Source: Candidatus Woesearchaeota archaeon (GTDB lineage Archaea; Nanobdellota; Nanobdellia; Woesearchaeales; WAPY01). From it: 64,000 bases of DNA. Below are positions 49,405 through 59,617 of the stretch, piece by piece; positions within the stretch are counted from its first letter, which is position 1; the number at the start of each line of letters is the position of its first letter. Location: positions 1 through 64,000 of the forward strand of contig JBNAUL010000002.1 in NCBI GenBank assembly GCA_049700835.1, written 5' to 3'. Under the pieces are notes generated by a model that was not told where the DNA came from, searched no databases, and worked only from the letters and a program-made list of their open reading frames with translations. The translations under genes and the position numbers were made by a program.

Positions 49405-50475
49405 ATGGAAAGAAAAATAAGGATTGGAGTGAACGGCTTTGGAACAATAGGAAAGCGTGTTGCTTTAGCAATTAAGAAGCAAGACGACATGGAATTGATT
49501 GGTATAGTTAAAACAAAAGCAGACTACAATGCTCTATTTGCACAAGAAATTGGAATAAAAATCTTTATTCCTTCACAAGATTATTCTAAAAATTTTGAGA
49601 ATTCTCAGATAAAATTCTGTGGAACTCTGGAGGATTTAATAGAAGAGTGCGATTTAATAATTGATGCAACTCCTTCTGGAACAGGAGCAAAAAACAAAGA
49701 TGTCTACGAGCAAAAAGGAGTTAAGGCAATATTCCAAGGAGGAGAAAAACCTAATGTTTCAGAGGTTTCATTCAATTCACAAGTCAATTATGAAAATGCA
49801 ATAAATAAAAAATATGTAAGAGTTGTATCGTGTAATACAACAGCGCTTTCAAGAACATTAAATGCTATTAAATATTTTATAGAAAGCGTTTATGTTACAA
49901 TAATAAGGAGAGCAGCAGATCCTGAGGAGAGCGATAAAGGACCGATAAATTCAATAATACCAACATTTAATTCCCACCACGCTTCTGACTTAAAAACTGT
50001 TCTATCAATAGAAAAAATCACAACAAATGCCTATGTTGTTCCAACAACCCTGATGCACATGCACGATGTTTATGTTGCTCTCAACAAAAAAATCTCGCTT
50101 GAAGAAACAGCATGGTTGTTTAAAAATGCAGAAAGGGTTTTGTTGTTTGACATTAACGATAGCGCAAAGATAATGGATTATTCAAAAAATTTAAACAGGG
50201 GTTTAGGCGGGGACTTGTATGAAGTTGCAGTTTTAGAAAAGAGCATCTATATTAAGGAAGATATTTTGCACTACACCCAGGCAGTTCATCAAGAGAGCAT
50301 AACTGTTCCTGAAAACATTGATGCTGTAAGAGCAATGTTTAATCTTATGAATAAAGAGGAAAGCACCAGAAAAACTGATAAAAGTTTAGGAATTATTAAA
50401 AACAAAAATCAAGACAATTTTAACTATGCTTCTGATTTTTGCTTTTCTAATTTCTCTAATATTAGAAAAAGCTAA
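49405..50475 (+). CDS. gap: Archaeal type II glyceraldehyde-3-phosphate dehydrogenase
   Basis: VNGFGTIGKRVA, FQGGEK, RVVSCNTT, RRAADP, PTTLMH, HQESITVPENIDA. Confidence 0.95.
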   Translation: MERKIRIGVNGFGTIGKRVALAIKKQDDMELIGIVKTKADYNALFAQEIGIKIFIPSQDYSKNFENSQIKFCGTLEDLIEECDLIIDATPSGTGAKNKDVYEQKGVKAIFQGGEKPNVSEVSFNSQVNYENAINKKYVRVVSCNTTALSRTLNAIKYFIESVYVTIIRRAADPEESDKGPINSIIPTFNSHHASDLKTVLSIEKITTNAYVVPTTLMHMHDVYVALNKKISLEETAWLFKNAERVLLFDINDSAKIMDYSKNLNRGLGGDLYEVAVLEKSIYIKEDILHYTQAVHQESITVPENIDAVRAMFNLMNKEESTRKTDKSLGIIKNKNQDNFNYASDFCFSNFSNIRKS

Positions 50476-50860
50476 TTAAAAAAATAATTATTAAATTATA
50501 AAATGTCTATTCAGAAGAAGCATAAATCTTTGGAGAAAAAGGCAGGAAAATCAAGCAGAAAAATTGATAAATAAAAACCATGGAGCTTTTACAAGAAAAA
50601 ATAAAAGTCAAAATAAAATTTTTAGATTTTTTATCATCTATCTTGTTATTTCTTTTTTAGCGTATTATTTAAACAATATAAATCTCATTAAATCTCATCG
50701 CAAAAACGCTCAAAAATAGTAAGTTTTTTAAATACTTCATAATCCACTATAAAAGGGTTTTGAGGTTTAGCGGTTCTAAGCCCAAAAGAATAAGAATAAA
50801 CAATAAGTAACTGGTAATGCTTATTAAAATTAGCAGATTTCAGTTTTCGGAGGAGCAAAA

Positions 50861-51280
50861 ATGTTAGGAGAAGTTCCTGTTCAAGAATTAATAGAAGAGG
50901 TTGCAAAGGAATTAAAGAAGATTGAAGAGATAAAACCTCCTGTTTGGGCAAAGTTTGTAAAGACAGGAGTTCATAAGGAAAGGCCTCCTATGAGAGAGGA
51001 CTGGTGGTATGTGAGAACAGCATCAGTATTAAGAAAGATTTATTTCTTAAGCCCGATAGGGGTTTCAAAACTAAGGACAAAGTATGGCGGTTTGAGAAAC
51101 AAAGGATTTGCTTCTGAAAGGTTTGCAAAGGGTTCAGGCAATATAATAAGAAAGATTTTGCAGCAACTTGAAAAAGCAGGACTTGTAAAACAGGAAGCAA
51201 AAGGGGTTCATAAGGGAAGGGTCCTTACAAAAAAAGGAGTTGAGCTTTTATACGAGTGTGCTAAAAGAATAAAAAAATAA
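50861..51280 (+). CDS. rps19e: 30S ribosomal protein S19e
   Basis: PVWAKFVKTGVHKERPP…WWYVRTASVLRK…GSGNIIRKILQQLE. Confidence 0.97.
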   Translation: MLGEVPVQELIEEVAKELKKIEEIKPPVWAKFVKTGVHKERPPMREDWWYVRTASVLRKIYFLSPIGVSKLRTKYGGLRNKGFASERFAKGSGNIIRKILQQLEKAGLVKQEAKGVHKGRVLTKKGVELLYECAKRIKK

Positions 51281-51289
51281 AAATAAAAA

Positions 51290-51580
51290 ATGATGAACCC
51301 ATACATTAACAACGGAGGAATAAGCGAAGAAGAAATAAGATTGCAGCAGCAGATAAATGCACTCGAAGAGCTTGTAAAGAAAAAACTTACAAAGGAAGCG
51401 ATTTCAAGGTATTCAAACATTAAGATTGCTCATCCAGAGCTTGCTTTGAATTTGATTGTTTTGCTTGGAAGTTTGATACAGCAGGGAAAGATAAGGGGAA
51501 CAATAGATGATAATCAATTGAAGGAACTGCTGAAACAAATGGCTAATAAAAAAACAGATTTCAAAATAACAAAAAAATAA
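51290..51580 (+). CDS. PDCD5-like dsDNA-binding protein
   Basis: LTKEAISRYSNIKIAHPELA…IDDNQLKELL; usual position after rps19e. Confidence 0.88.
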   Translation: MMNPYINNGGISEEEIRLQQQINALEELVKKKLTKEAISRYSNIKIAHPELALNLIVLLGSLIQQGKIRGTIDDNQLKELLKQMANKKTDFKITKK

Positions 51581-51594
51581 GAATGGTTGTTAAA

Positions 51595-51768
51595 ATGAGC
51601 AGCAATAAAACTCTTAGCGAAAAAAAGGTGCTTTCAAAACACCATAGGAGAACGAGATGGGCTCCTTTCTGGGTTGTGCTCAAAAAATTTACCCGAGGAA
51701 GAAGGGTGCATCCTGCAAGATTCACAAAAACAAAGAGGCATTGGAGAAGAACAAAGATAAAGGATTAA
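51595..51768 (+). CDS. rpl39e: 50S ribosomal protein L39e
   Basis: MSSNK…KKVL…PFWVVLK…KRHWRRTKIK. Confidence 0.88.
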   Translation: MSSNKTLSEKKVLSKHHRRTRWAPFWVVLKKFTRGRRVHPARFTKTKRHWRRTKIKD

Positions 51769-51779
51769 AGGTGGGTTAA

Positions 51780-52343
51780 ATGATAGAAAGAACTTATAAT
51801 ATTCCCTTAAGAAAAGAATTCATGAAAGTTCCTAAATACAAGAAAGCCAAAAAGGCAGTAAAAGCTGTTAAGGAATTCTTGAGCAGGCACTTGAAACAGG
51901 ATGATCTTGATAAAATAAAAATTGGTGAGAAACTTAACCTTAAGATTTGGGAACACGGAATTAAAAACCCTCCTCACCATATAAAGGTAAATGCAATAAA
52001 AACAGACGAAGGAATTGTTTATGCAGAATTGTTTGGATACGAAATAAAACTCCCTGAGAAAAAAGAAAGCAAAAAAGAAAAGAAAGAAAAGGCAGAAGCG
52101 AAAGTCGAAAAGGAAGAAGGCAAGGCTGTGGAAGAAAAAAAGCAAGGGAGTAAAGAAAAAAATGATATTAAAGAGCCAAAGAGCGAAGAACAGAAAGAAG
52201 AGAGAGAAGCAGAAGCAGTTAAAGCAGCTGGGGCAATTGAGGCAGTTGAAGCAGTTGAAGAAAAGAACAAAGAGGAAAAAAATAAAAAGCAAGGTAAGAG
52301 AAAGGCAAAAAACCAAGTTTCAAGAGAGAAAGAAGAGCAATAA
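51780..52343 (+). CDS. rpl31e: 50S ribosomal protein L31e with long charged C-terminal tail
   Basis: ERTYNIPLR…KAVKAVKEFLSRH…LNLKIWEHGIKNPP. Confidence 0.93.
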   Translation: MIERTYNIPLRKEFMKVPKYKKAKKAVKAVKEFLSRHLKQDDLDKIKIGEKLNLKIWEHGIKNPPHHIKVNAIKTDEGIVYAELFGYEIKLPEKKESKKEKKEKAEAKVEKEEGKAVEEKKQGSKEKNDIKEPKSEEQKEEREAEAVKAAGAIEAVEAVEEKNKEEKNKKQGKRKAKNQVSREKEEQ

Positions 52344-52350
52344 AGCAAAC

Positions 52351-52450
52351 NNNNNNNNNNNNNNNNNNNNNNNNNNNNNNNNNNNNNNNNNNNNNNNNNN
52401 NNNNNNNNNNNNNNNNNNNNNNNNNNNNNNNNNNNNNNNNNNNNNNNNNN
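52351..52450. other. Assembly gap (100 N)
   Basis: Run of N, with AGCAATAAAGCAAAC on both sides. Confidence 0.99.
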
Positions 52451-52693
52451 AGCAATAAAGCAAACGAAGAGCAAATTTCAGCTTAACCCTCAAACAAAAA
52501 AGAACAAAAGTGCTGAAAACTGCTAACAAGAAAAATCAAAATCTTAATCAAGCATTTCAAATAAGAGATGTTATTGCTGTTCTTAAATAAGATATAAATT
52601 AATCTTTTAATTTTTCTATAAAAAATTTAAAACATGGAATTGTTTTCTTGAATTTCAAAAAATTTTTAACTATGAAAAAATATTCTTAATAAA

Positions 52694-53734
52694 ATGATCA
52701 ATGAGATTGGAAATGGAGAAACCGGAGAAACCCTGTTGCCTTTTGAAAGGCAGAAGAGGGAAATAGTAATAAAAAGAGAAGAAGATACAGATGACGAGTA
52801 TGGCTGTTATCCTGAATTCAGAAAAACAGAAACAATCATAAATTATGGAATTGTAAATACTGACAAGCCCTCAGGGCCAAGTTCTCATCAGGTAAGCGCA
52901 TATGTCAAAGAAATTCTTGGAATAGAAAAAGCAGGGCATTGCGGAACATTGGATCCAAAGGTAACAGGAGTACTTCCAATAGCTTTGGGAGAAGCAACAA
53001 AAGCCAACAGGATAATGCTTAGCGCTGGCAAGGAATACATTGCAATAATGCATCTTCATAAGCAAATAGACCCTAATATAGTTAAAGACAGATTGTCAAA
53101 ATATGTTGGGAAGATAAAACAGATACCTCCGCTGAGGTCTGCTGTCAAGCGAGCAGAAAGGGAAAGGGAAATCTACTACATCAAAGTTTTAGAGATAGAA
53201 GATAAAGATGTGTTGTTCAAAATAGGAGTTGAAGCAGGAACCTACATAAGAAAGTTTATATTTGATTTTGGCAGGGAATTGGGAATAGGGGCTCACATGT
53301 CTCAGTTGAGAAGGACAAAAGCAGGCCTGTTTAACGAGCAAACAATGTTTACTCTTCAAGATTTAAAAGACGCTTTTTATTATTACAAACACGAGAACAA
53401 TGACAAGTTTTTGAGAAAGATAATACAGCCTGTTGAAAACGCATTCCTGCACTTACCAAAGATATGGGTTTTTGATTCTGCTGTTGATTCAATATGCCAT
53501 GGAGCAAACCTAAATGTTCCTGGAATATCAAAACTGAACTCAGGAATAATCAAGGGAGAAATTGTAGCAATATTTACTCTTAAAAATGAGATAGTTGCAT
53601 ATGGAATTTCTCAATTGACAACAGAGGAAATTTTGAGCAGCGAAAAGGGTTTTGCAGTAAAAACAGAAAGGGTTTTTATGAAACCAGGCACTTATCTAAA
53701 ATATAAAAGAGAAGAAAAAAAGGGGGATGCATGA
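52694..53734 (+). CDS. cbf5: H/ACA RNA-guided pseudouridine synthase Cbf5
   Basis: DKPSGPSSHQV, GHCGTLDPKVTGVLP, AGTYIRK, GAHMSQLRRT; C-terminal PUA domain. Confidence 0.96.
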   Translation: MINEIGNGETGETLLPFERQKREIVIKREEDTDDEYGCYPEFRKTETIINYGIVNTDKPSGPSSHQVSAYVKEILGIEKAGHCGTLDPKVTGVLPIALGEATKANRIMLSAGKEYIAIMHLHKQIDPNIVKDRLSKYVGKIKQIPPLRSAVKRAEREREIYYIKVLEIEDKDVLFKIGVEAGTYIRKFIFDFGRELGIGAHMSQLRRTKAGLFNEQTMFTLQDLKDAFYYYKHENNDKFLRKIIQPVENAFLHLPKIWVFDSAVDSICHGANLNVPGISKLNSGIIKGEIVAIFTLKNEIVAYGISQLTTEEILSSEKGFAVKTERVFMKPGTYLKYKREEKKGDA

Positions 53735-53856
53735 TAATAAATCCTTTGTGCTTTGCATTGAGCATTCCAATACTTTGGGCTTTAATAACATTGATTGATA
53801 AATACACCATAAGTTTTAGGGTTAAGAACACATTCAGTTATATAACAAACATTTAA
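53731..53856 (+). pseudogene. Possible truncated EamA/DMT transporter remnant
   Basis: MIINPLCFALSIPILWALITLIDKYTISFRVKN resembles an EamA first helix; overlaps the cbf5 stop (ATGA) and ends after 41 aa. Confidence 0.4.
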
Positions 53857-54042
53857 GAAATGGTATAAAAGGCAAATCTTAAATTGATTAGGAATAAATT
53901 AATAACAAACTTAATAACGAACTTTTAATTTTAAAACGCAAAGTATAAATAATTCATATCAGCATAAATAAAATATAGAAGTATAAAAGGGCAAGACAGC
54001 AAATATTAAGTTATTTAGGTCTAAAAAAGGAGGTGTTTCAAG

Positions 54043-54522
54043 ATGCGCGATGAAAACTGCACATTCTGCAAGATAGCAAACAAGGAAATAAAGAGTTATA
54101 AAATCTATCAAGGAAAGGAATTCATTGCCTTTATGGACATATATCCCCCAACATTTGATGATAAGATAACAATGCCAACAGTAATAATTGCAACAAGAGA
54201 GCATTATGGAAGCAACATTTTTGAGGATGCTTCTGAAAAGATTTTATTGAAAGCGATTAAACTTGCAAGGAAAATAGCAAGAGCAATGCAGATTGCGCTT
54301 AAACCAGAAAGGGTTTGTTTAGTGACAGAGGGCCTTGAGATCAACCACTTCCACATAAAATTGTATGCTGTTTACAAAGAATACTATCCAGGTTATTTGA
54401 GCTCAATGAAAGGTCCTGAGAACAAAGAAACACAAGCTGATAAAAAATGGCTGAAACAAACAGCAAAGAAAGTAAGGATTGCGCTGAAAGAAATAAAGAA
54501 ATCAAATAAGAGCAAAGATTAA
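54043..54522 (+). CDS. HIT family protein
   Basis: CTFCKI…AFMDIYP…GLEINHFHIKL (third His replaced by Lys). Confidence 0.88.
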   Translation: MRDENCTFCKIANKEIKSYKIYQGKEFIAFMDIYPPTFDDKITMPTVIIATREHYGSNIFEDASEKILLKAIKLARKIARAMQIALKPERVCLVTEGLEINHFHIKLYAVYKEYYPGYLSSMKGPENKETQADKKWLKQTAKKVRIALKEIKKSNKSKD

Positions 54523-54661
54523 GGCAAAAAAATAAAGAATGCCGAAAGTTTTATGCTCTTTATGCTCTAATTTTTTTTACATAAAAATAGAAACATTTAA
54601 ATAATTCGCTTTTTTAGCATATTGCAACAAAAACAGCACAATAAATTAGAGGTGCAAGCAA

Positions 54662-55873
54662 ATGAGATTTAGAAAAGGAATTCTTTGTTCACTGCTTATA
54701 ATCTCATTTACAATAATTTTGTTTTTAAGCGCAATCGCATGGGCTTATCCTTATTCAAGAAGCAGCGGACTATTTGGAGGTTTGGAAACAGATATTTTAA
54801 AAACTCTAAGCGACATACTATCTTATGAGATAAGGTTGCCTGGTTGGGGAAATATTGTGCCAGCCCAAGAAATTCCTATTTGGGTTTTAGTAACAATGTT
54901 TGCTGTTTTGTTTTCAATACTTTATCCTTTGACAATAACTACAATACCAATATTCAGGCACGAGAACGCAAGAAACTCTGCAAAGGCGTTTGCAATAGCT
55001 GTTTCATTTCTTATAATATTTGGAACTCAGTTTCCGACATTCTTTTACAAATACATTGTTGGCTCAACAGGGCTCCTAATTATTGCAGCAATAATTTGGT
55101 TAGTATACTTGTTTTGGGAGTACGCGCTAAGAAATCCAATAAGAAAGTTTAAACCCCTGAGAACAGCTGATGAACTCAGAGCATTGCATGATGAGAAGTT
55201 AGCAAGCGATTCTGAGCTAAAAATGTACCATCAGGATAAAAATCTTTTAAACAATGCAGAAAATAACATTAAAAAAATATTAGAAGAGGAAGGGGATTTG
55301 TTGAAGAAGATTCAAAAAATAAAAGAGTATATAATTGACCTGAACGAGCTACACAAGAGAAGAGGACCGCAAGCAGTCAAGGATTATATAAACAAATTGA
55401 AAACAGAGATAAGCAAGGTAGTAAATGAACTTAAAACAATCTCAAAATTCTCTTACACCTTAGAGAAAAATTGGCAAAATCTTATTAATGACCAAATTGG
55501 AGAACTCGAACTGTTTAGAAGAGATTATTATAAATTAAACCAAGTTAATCCGTCATTAAAAAAAGAAATAGAAGATGCTATAAATTTAAAGACTAAGATT
55601 CTTGATTTAATAAAAAATTTAGATAATAAGCTAAAAGAGTTTGAAAACCAAAAGAACATTATAATTGAAAAAATAGAAGAACTTAATAAAGAACTCGGGG
55701 TTGGAGATTTAGAGAAGGCATATAATAAAGTTTTAGAGGTTGAGAATTATTTAAAAAGTACTACAGAATTCTTAGAGCAAGTAAGAGAAAAAGAGAATGA
55801 AATAAAAAATTATTCTCATAATTTTGAATTGCTCATAACGAAAGTCAAAAGCGAAGTTCAGAGAAATAAATAA
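54662..55873 (+). CDS. Multi-TM protein with long C-terminal coiled coil
   Basis: About four hydrophobic segments in the first 155 aa, then about 240 aa of heptad repeats; GAGGTG SD. Confidence 0.75.
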   Translation: MRFRKGILCSLLIISFTIILFLSAIAWAYPYSRSSGLFGGLETDILKTLSDILSYEIRLPGWGNIVPAQEIPIWVLVTMFAVLFSILYPLTITTIPIFRHENARNSAKAFAIAVSFLIIFGTQFPTFFYKYIVGSTGLLIIAAIIWLVYLFWEYALRNPIRKFKPLRTADELRALHDEKLASDSELKMYHQDKNLLNNAENNIKKILEEEGDLLKKIQKIKEYIIDLNELHKRRGPQAVKDYINKLKTEISKVVNELKTISKFSYTLEKNWQNLINDQIGELELFRRDYYKLNQVNPSLKKEIEDAINLKTKILDLIKNLDNKLKEFENQKNIIIEKIEELNKELGVGDLEKAYNKVLEVENYLKSTTEFLEQVREKENEIKNYSHNFELLITKVKSEVQRNK

Positions 55874-56185
55874 AAATATAACTCAAATTTACAAATTTAG
55901 GCCAGAGTTGAAAATAAAAAAATTAAAAGAAAAAATTTAATAAAGAAAATTTTGTTGGAATGCCAGAATAAGAAATGTAAAAAAATAAGAATACGATTAT
56001 AATTTTCTAAACATTTGTTAATTTTATTTGCTGATTTTAACATTTAGTAAATACATTGTTTTAAATGCAAGAAATAATAGTGCTTAAAAATGCTTAAAAA
56101 TAATTGCTTAAAATGCTAAGTTTGTTTATTTTGATTTAGTTATAAAGATTTATAATTTTTTTAAGAAGAATTAAAAATGGCTTTT

Positions 56186-57919
56186 TTAAGTTGTTTCACA
56201 CAAATTTGTTAATATTAAAAATACAGGCTCGTATGTTTTCCTTTCTTTTTCTTCACTGATTATTCCGCAGGACTTTTTATGTTCCAAAAAATAATTAAAG
56301 CTTTCAATTTCTGGTTCAAACAATTGGTATGCAGAATTTAACTCTTCATCATGCTTAATCTTGTTCTTAATCGATTTGTACAATAAATCGCCTTCTTCCA
56401 AAAATGCTGAACAGGGATTAAACTTTTTTGAATTAATGATTTTGATATTGGATAAACAGTATGATTGTACAAATTTCAAAAACAAAACAGCGCTGCAAAA
56501 ATCATTCCCACTAAATTCTTTATTGAAACTATACTCAATATTTGAATCTCCAAGCAGTCTAATCATTCTTTTTAAAATTTCATGAGTGGAAACAAATCCG
56601 ATATGCGCTTCTGACAAGTTTAGATAGTAATTGAAATCATTGTTCTCTCTAAAAGAATCCAATTTAAGGCGTAGTTCTTCGTGCTGTTTATCGCAGTTTG
56701 CTTCTATCAATTCTATTAATTCCTCAATTTTGGGAAATTCAACAATGCTTGCTATTTTAAAGCATTTTGCCTTCTCTTCGCTAAAATCAAGATTTATCAA
56801 TTGTTCATACTCAGGTTTTAAAAGATTGAATTTTGGCTCAAATGAATTTTTGCTTAACAATCCTTTAAAGTCCTTAGCATCTAATGCTTTGTATAGTTCT
56901 CCCAATTTAGGGATTATTTTTTTGCTCTTTTCCAAGTATTCTGCCAAAACATCGCTTTTATTTCTTGTTTTAAGATTTTCATAAACATTATAGCCTGCAA
57001 GGAAAATATCGCTCAAAGGTTCTTCAATATTTTCTATTTTGTATGGATTTGATTTTCCTGAACTATACTTCTTGTATGTTGAACCGCTTTTCTGTTCTTT
57101 CTCTTTTTTCTTTTCTTTTATGTATACTCTATGAATTTTTTCTTCTAACTCGATTATGTTATCAAGGATTCTTGCAGCAATCTCTTCGTCATAGTCCTTA
57201 TTATCGCAATCCCAACAAATTTTTAGAATTTGGTCAAATTCCTTTGGCGCAGAAGGATTAATCTCGTAGAATTCCTTAATCAATCTTTGCTTTGGCTTCT
57301 TGTTTGTAAGAATTTCATAAATCAGGTCTCCAAGCTTGAAAAGATCATGGGTTTTTGAGACCTCTTCTTCTTCCTCATATTCGTAATCTCTGCTTGGAGA
57401 TTTTTTTATTTCTGGCTCTAAACTTGACAGGTTGAAGTCAATCAACCTTATGCTTAAATCTTCAGCTTTTTCATAATCTAAAACTAAAATATTGCTTGGT
57501 TTCAAATCTCCGTGATAAAAACCCTTTGAATGAACATATTTTAAGCAGTCAGTTATTTCCCTAATAATCTTCAAGGATTTTTCAGTTTCGATGAATGTTT
57601 TATCATTCTCGCATTCTTTTATTATATTCTTCAGCGGTTTTGAATTTTTTGGATACTCAAGAATTAGCGCTGGCAAATCGTTGATTTCGCAAACCCCATA
57701 AAATTTTAGCAGTTTTTCATAACTTCCTAATCTTTCATATGTTTGCGCTTCGCTCCAAATCAAGTTTTTGTTTTCTTTTTTTAATATCGTTTTTACAGCG
57801 ACTTCTACGCTGCCGAGATTGTAGCTGTAAACCCGAGAGTAAAAACCTTCTCCAATTATCTTTTTGTTGGAAGTTAAGTAATCTTCTAATTTCTTTTTGT
57901 TTATTATAAAGGCAGCCAT
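56186..57919 (-). CDS. Ser/Thr protein kinase with C-terminal helical domain
   Basis: IGEGFYSRVY, VAVKTI, HGDLKPSNIL, LIDFN, DLFKLG. Confidence 0.87.
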   Translation of the reverse strand: MAAFIINKKKLEDYLTSNKKIIGEGFYSRVYSYNLGSVEVAVKTILKKENKNLIWSEAQTYERLGSYEKLLKFYGVCEINDLPALILEYPKNSKPLKNIIKECENDKTFIETEKSLKIIREITDCLKYVHSKGFYHGDLKPSNILVLDYEKAEDLSIRLIDFNLSSLEPEIKKSPSRDYEYEEEEEVSKTHDLFKLGDLIYEILTNKKPKQRLIKEFYEINPSAPKEFDQILKICWDCDNKDYDEEIAARILDNIIELEEKIHRVYIKEKKKEKEQKSGSTYKKYSSGKSNPYKIENIEEPLSDIFLAGYNVYENLKTRNKSDVLAEYLEKSKKIIPKLGELYKALDAKDFKGLLSKNSFEPKFNLLKPEYEQLINLDFSEEKAKCFKIASIVEFPKIEELIELIEANCDKQHEELRLKLDSFRENNDFNYYLNLSEAHIGFVSTHEILKRMIRLLGDSNIEYSFNKEFSGNDFCSAVLFLKFVQSYCLSNIKIINSKKFNPCSAFLEEGDLLYKSIKNKIKHDEELNSAYQLFEPEIESFNYFLEHKKSCGIISEEKERKTYEPVFLILTNLCETT

Positions 57920-58035
57920 GTCTATTCCTCTTTTTTATTTGTTATTTTCTAAAATTTTGTTTTTAAAAAGAGTTTTTAAGAGATTTTAGGAAAATTTCCG
58001 AAAAGATTTTATAATTCTAAAAATTTTTACAGAAC

Positions 58036-58800
58036 ATGACCCTATACTTAATCGGATTAGGATTAGAAGATGAAAAATCAATAACCTTAAATGGATTGGA
58101 GGCAATAAGGAACGCAGATTTTGTTTTTTTGGAGAACTACACATCAAAGCTTGTCGAACTTGACATAAACAAAATGGAGCTTTTATTTGGAAAGAAGATT
58201 GATTTAGCAGAAAGAAGTTTTTTGGAAAATAATGAAAAAATTTTAGAACTTTCAAAGAAAAGAAATGTAGTTATCCTGACTCCAGGAGATCCGATGGTTG
58301 CAACAACTCACATTCAATTGAAGATTGATGCAGAAGAAAAGAAAATACCTGTTGTAATTATAAACAATACTTCTGTAATAAACGCTCTTGGAAATCTTGG
58401 TTTGGAAATTTATAAACTTGGAAAGATTACGAGCATACCGTTTGCTGCAAAGAGTTTTTTCCCTGAAACTCCATACGATGTTATAAAAGAGAACAATTCA
58501 ATCAACGCTCATACGCTCTGCTTGCTCGATTTGAAACCAGAAGAACAAAAATTCATGAGTTTCAACGAAGCTTTAGAATACCTGCTGAATATTGAGAATA
58601 AGAGGAAGGAGAATGTTCTGAACAAAGAGACACTTGTTTTGGGATGCGCTGCTCTTGGCAGTAAAAAACAAATGGTTGTTTTTGGAAAAATAGACAATGT
58701 AATTAAAAAGAGATTTTTAGAAACTCCGCAATGCTTGGTTGTGCTTTCAAAACTCCACTTTATAGAGGAAAGTAGCTTGAAAAGATATCTAATAAAATAA
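58036..58800 (+). CDS. dph5: Diphthine synthase
   Basis: LYLIGLGL…LENYTS…GDPMVATTH…HTLCLLD…LHFIE. Confidence 0.95.
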   Translation: MTLYLIGLGLEDEKSITLNGLEAIRNADFVFLENYTSKLVELDINKMELLFGKKIDLAERSFLENNEKILELSKKRNVVILTPGDPMVATTHIQLKIDAEEKKIPVVIINNTSVINALGNLGLEIYKLGKITSIPFAAKSFFPETPYDVIKENNSINAHTLCLLDLKPEEQKFMSFNEALEYLLNIENKRKENVLNKETLVLGCAALGSKKQMVVFGKIDNVIKKRFLETPQCLVVLSKLHFIEESSLKRYLIK

Positions 58801-58939
58801 TTGAATTATTTAAGTAAAATTTAAGTAATTAATGTAATTAGATAATATAATTAAGTTAATATAATGAAATAAGCAACATAGTAAAGTTAGCAAAGTTAGC
58901 AAAGCATCAAAGCATAATCCAATTGTTTTATCAATTCCT

Positions 58940-59617
58940 CTAATTTGTTTCTGAAAGCAATGCAATGTAAAACAAAAAATTTTTGGTTTTTTCTTTTGAT
59001 TCTTTTAATTCAAGCAGAATGTTGTTTGCAGCGCAAAGCTCTTCAATCCTTCTAATTCTGTTCTTGAATATTTCCATTTCATATGTTAAGAAAATCCTGT
59101 CAGGAAGTTCGAGATTTATTTCTTTATTTATCCCATGTCTTTCTTGTTTTCTTATCTTTTTAAGCACTTTATTTACCAATGTTTCATAATTAAGCAATGT
59201 TTTTTTGTTTTTTTTCTCAGCATAGCCAACGCTATTGACATCACTATTACCAACACTACTGTATCGAAAATATTCAGATGGGTTTTTATTATGCTTCTCC
59301 AGCGATTTTGTTTCTTTTTTATTTTGATTTCTTGTTAATTTAATGTAACCTAGAGAATAAGAATCCATCATTTTAAAATCATAGTTTTTGTTAAGAAAAT
59401 CTATTAGGTTGCTCAAATATTTTTTGTTCCCATCATAAAAATTTATTCTCGCAAAATAGAGTTGTTCTTCTTTTAGATAAGAAATTTCAACCTTTATTTT
59501 TTCTTTTTTGTTAAAAATGTAATTTTCTATAGGATAAAAATTGTAGGGTTTGTTTTCTATGTCGTTCAATATTTTTTCAAGATTGGAAGTCATTTTTTCA
59601 GATTTTTTTGGAATCAT
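58940..59617 (-). CDS. Hypothetical protein
   Basis: 225-aa ORF with an ATG start and TTTATTAA upstream on the minus strand. Confidence 0.65.
   Translation of the reverse strand: MIPKKSEKMTSNLEKILNDIENKPYNFYPIENYIFNKKEKIKVEISYLKEEQLYFARINFYDGNKKYLSNLIDFLNKNYDFKMMDSYSLGYIKLTRNQNKKETKSLEKHNKNPSEYFRYSSVGNSDVNSVGYAEKKNKKTLLNYETLVNKVLKKIRKQERHGINKEINLELPDRIFLTYEMEIFKNRIRRIEELCAANNILLELKESKEKTKNFLFYIALLSETN

Noticed and set aside
52336..52465. Direct repeats flanking the gap as a target-site duplication of a hidden mobile element
   Set aside because: Identical 15-mers on both sides of a nominal 100-N gap more simply reflect a contig overlap or collapsed tandem repeat; this cannot be resolved without reads.
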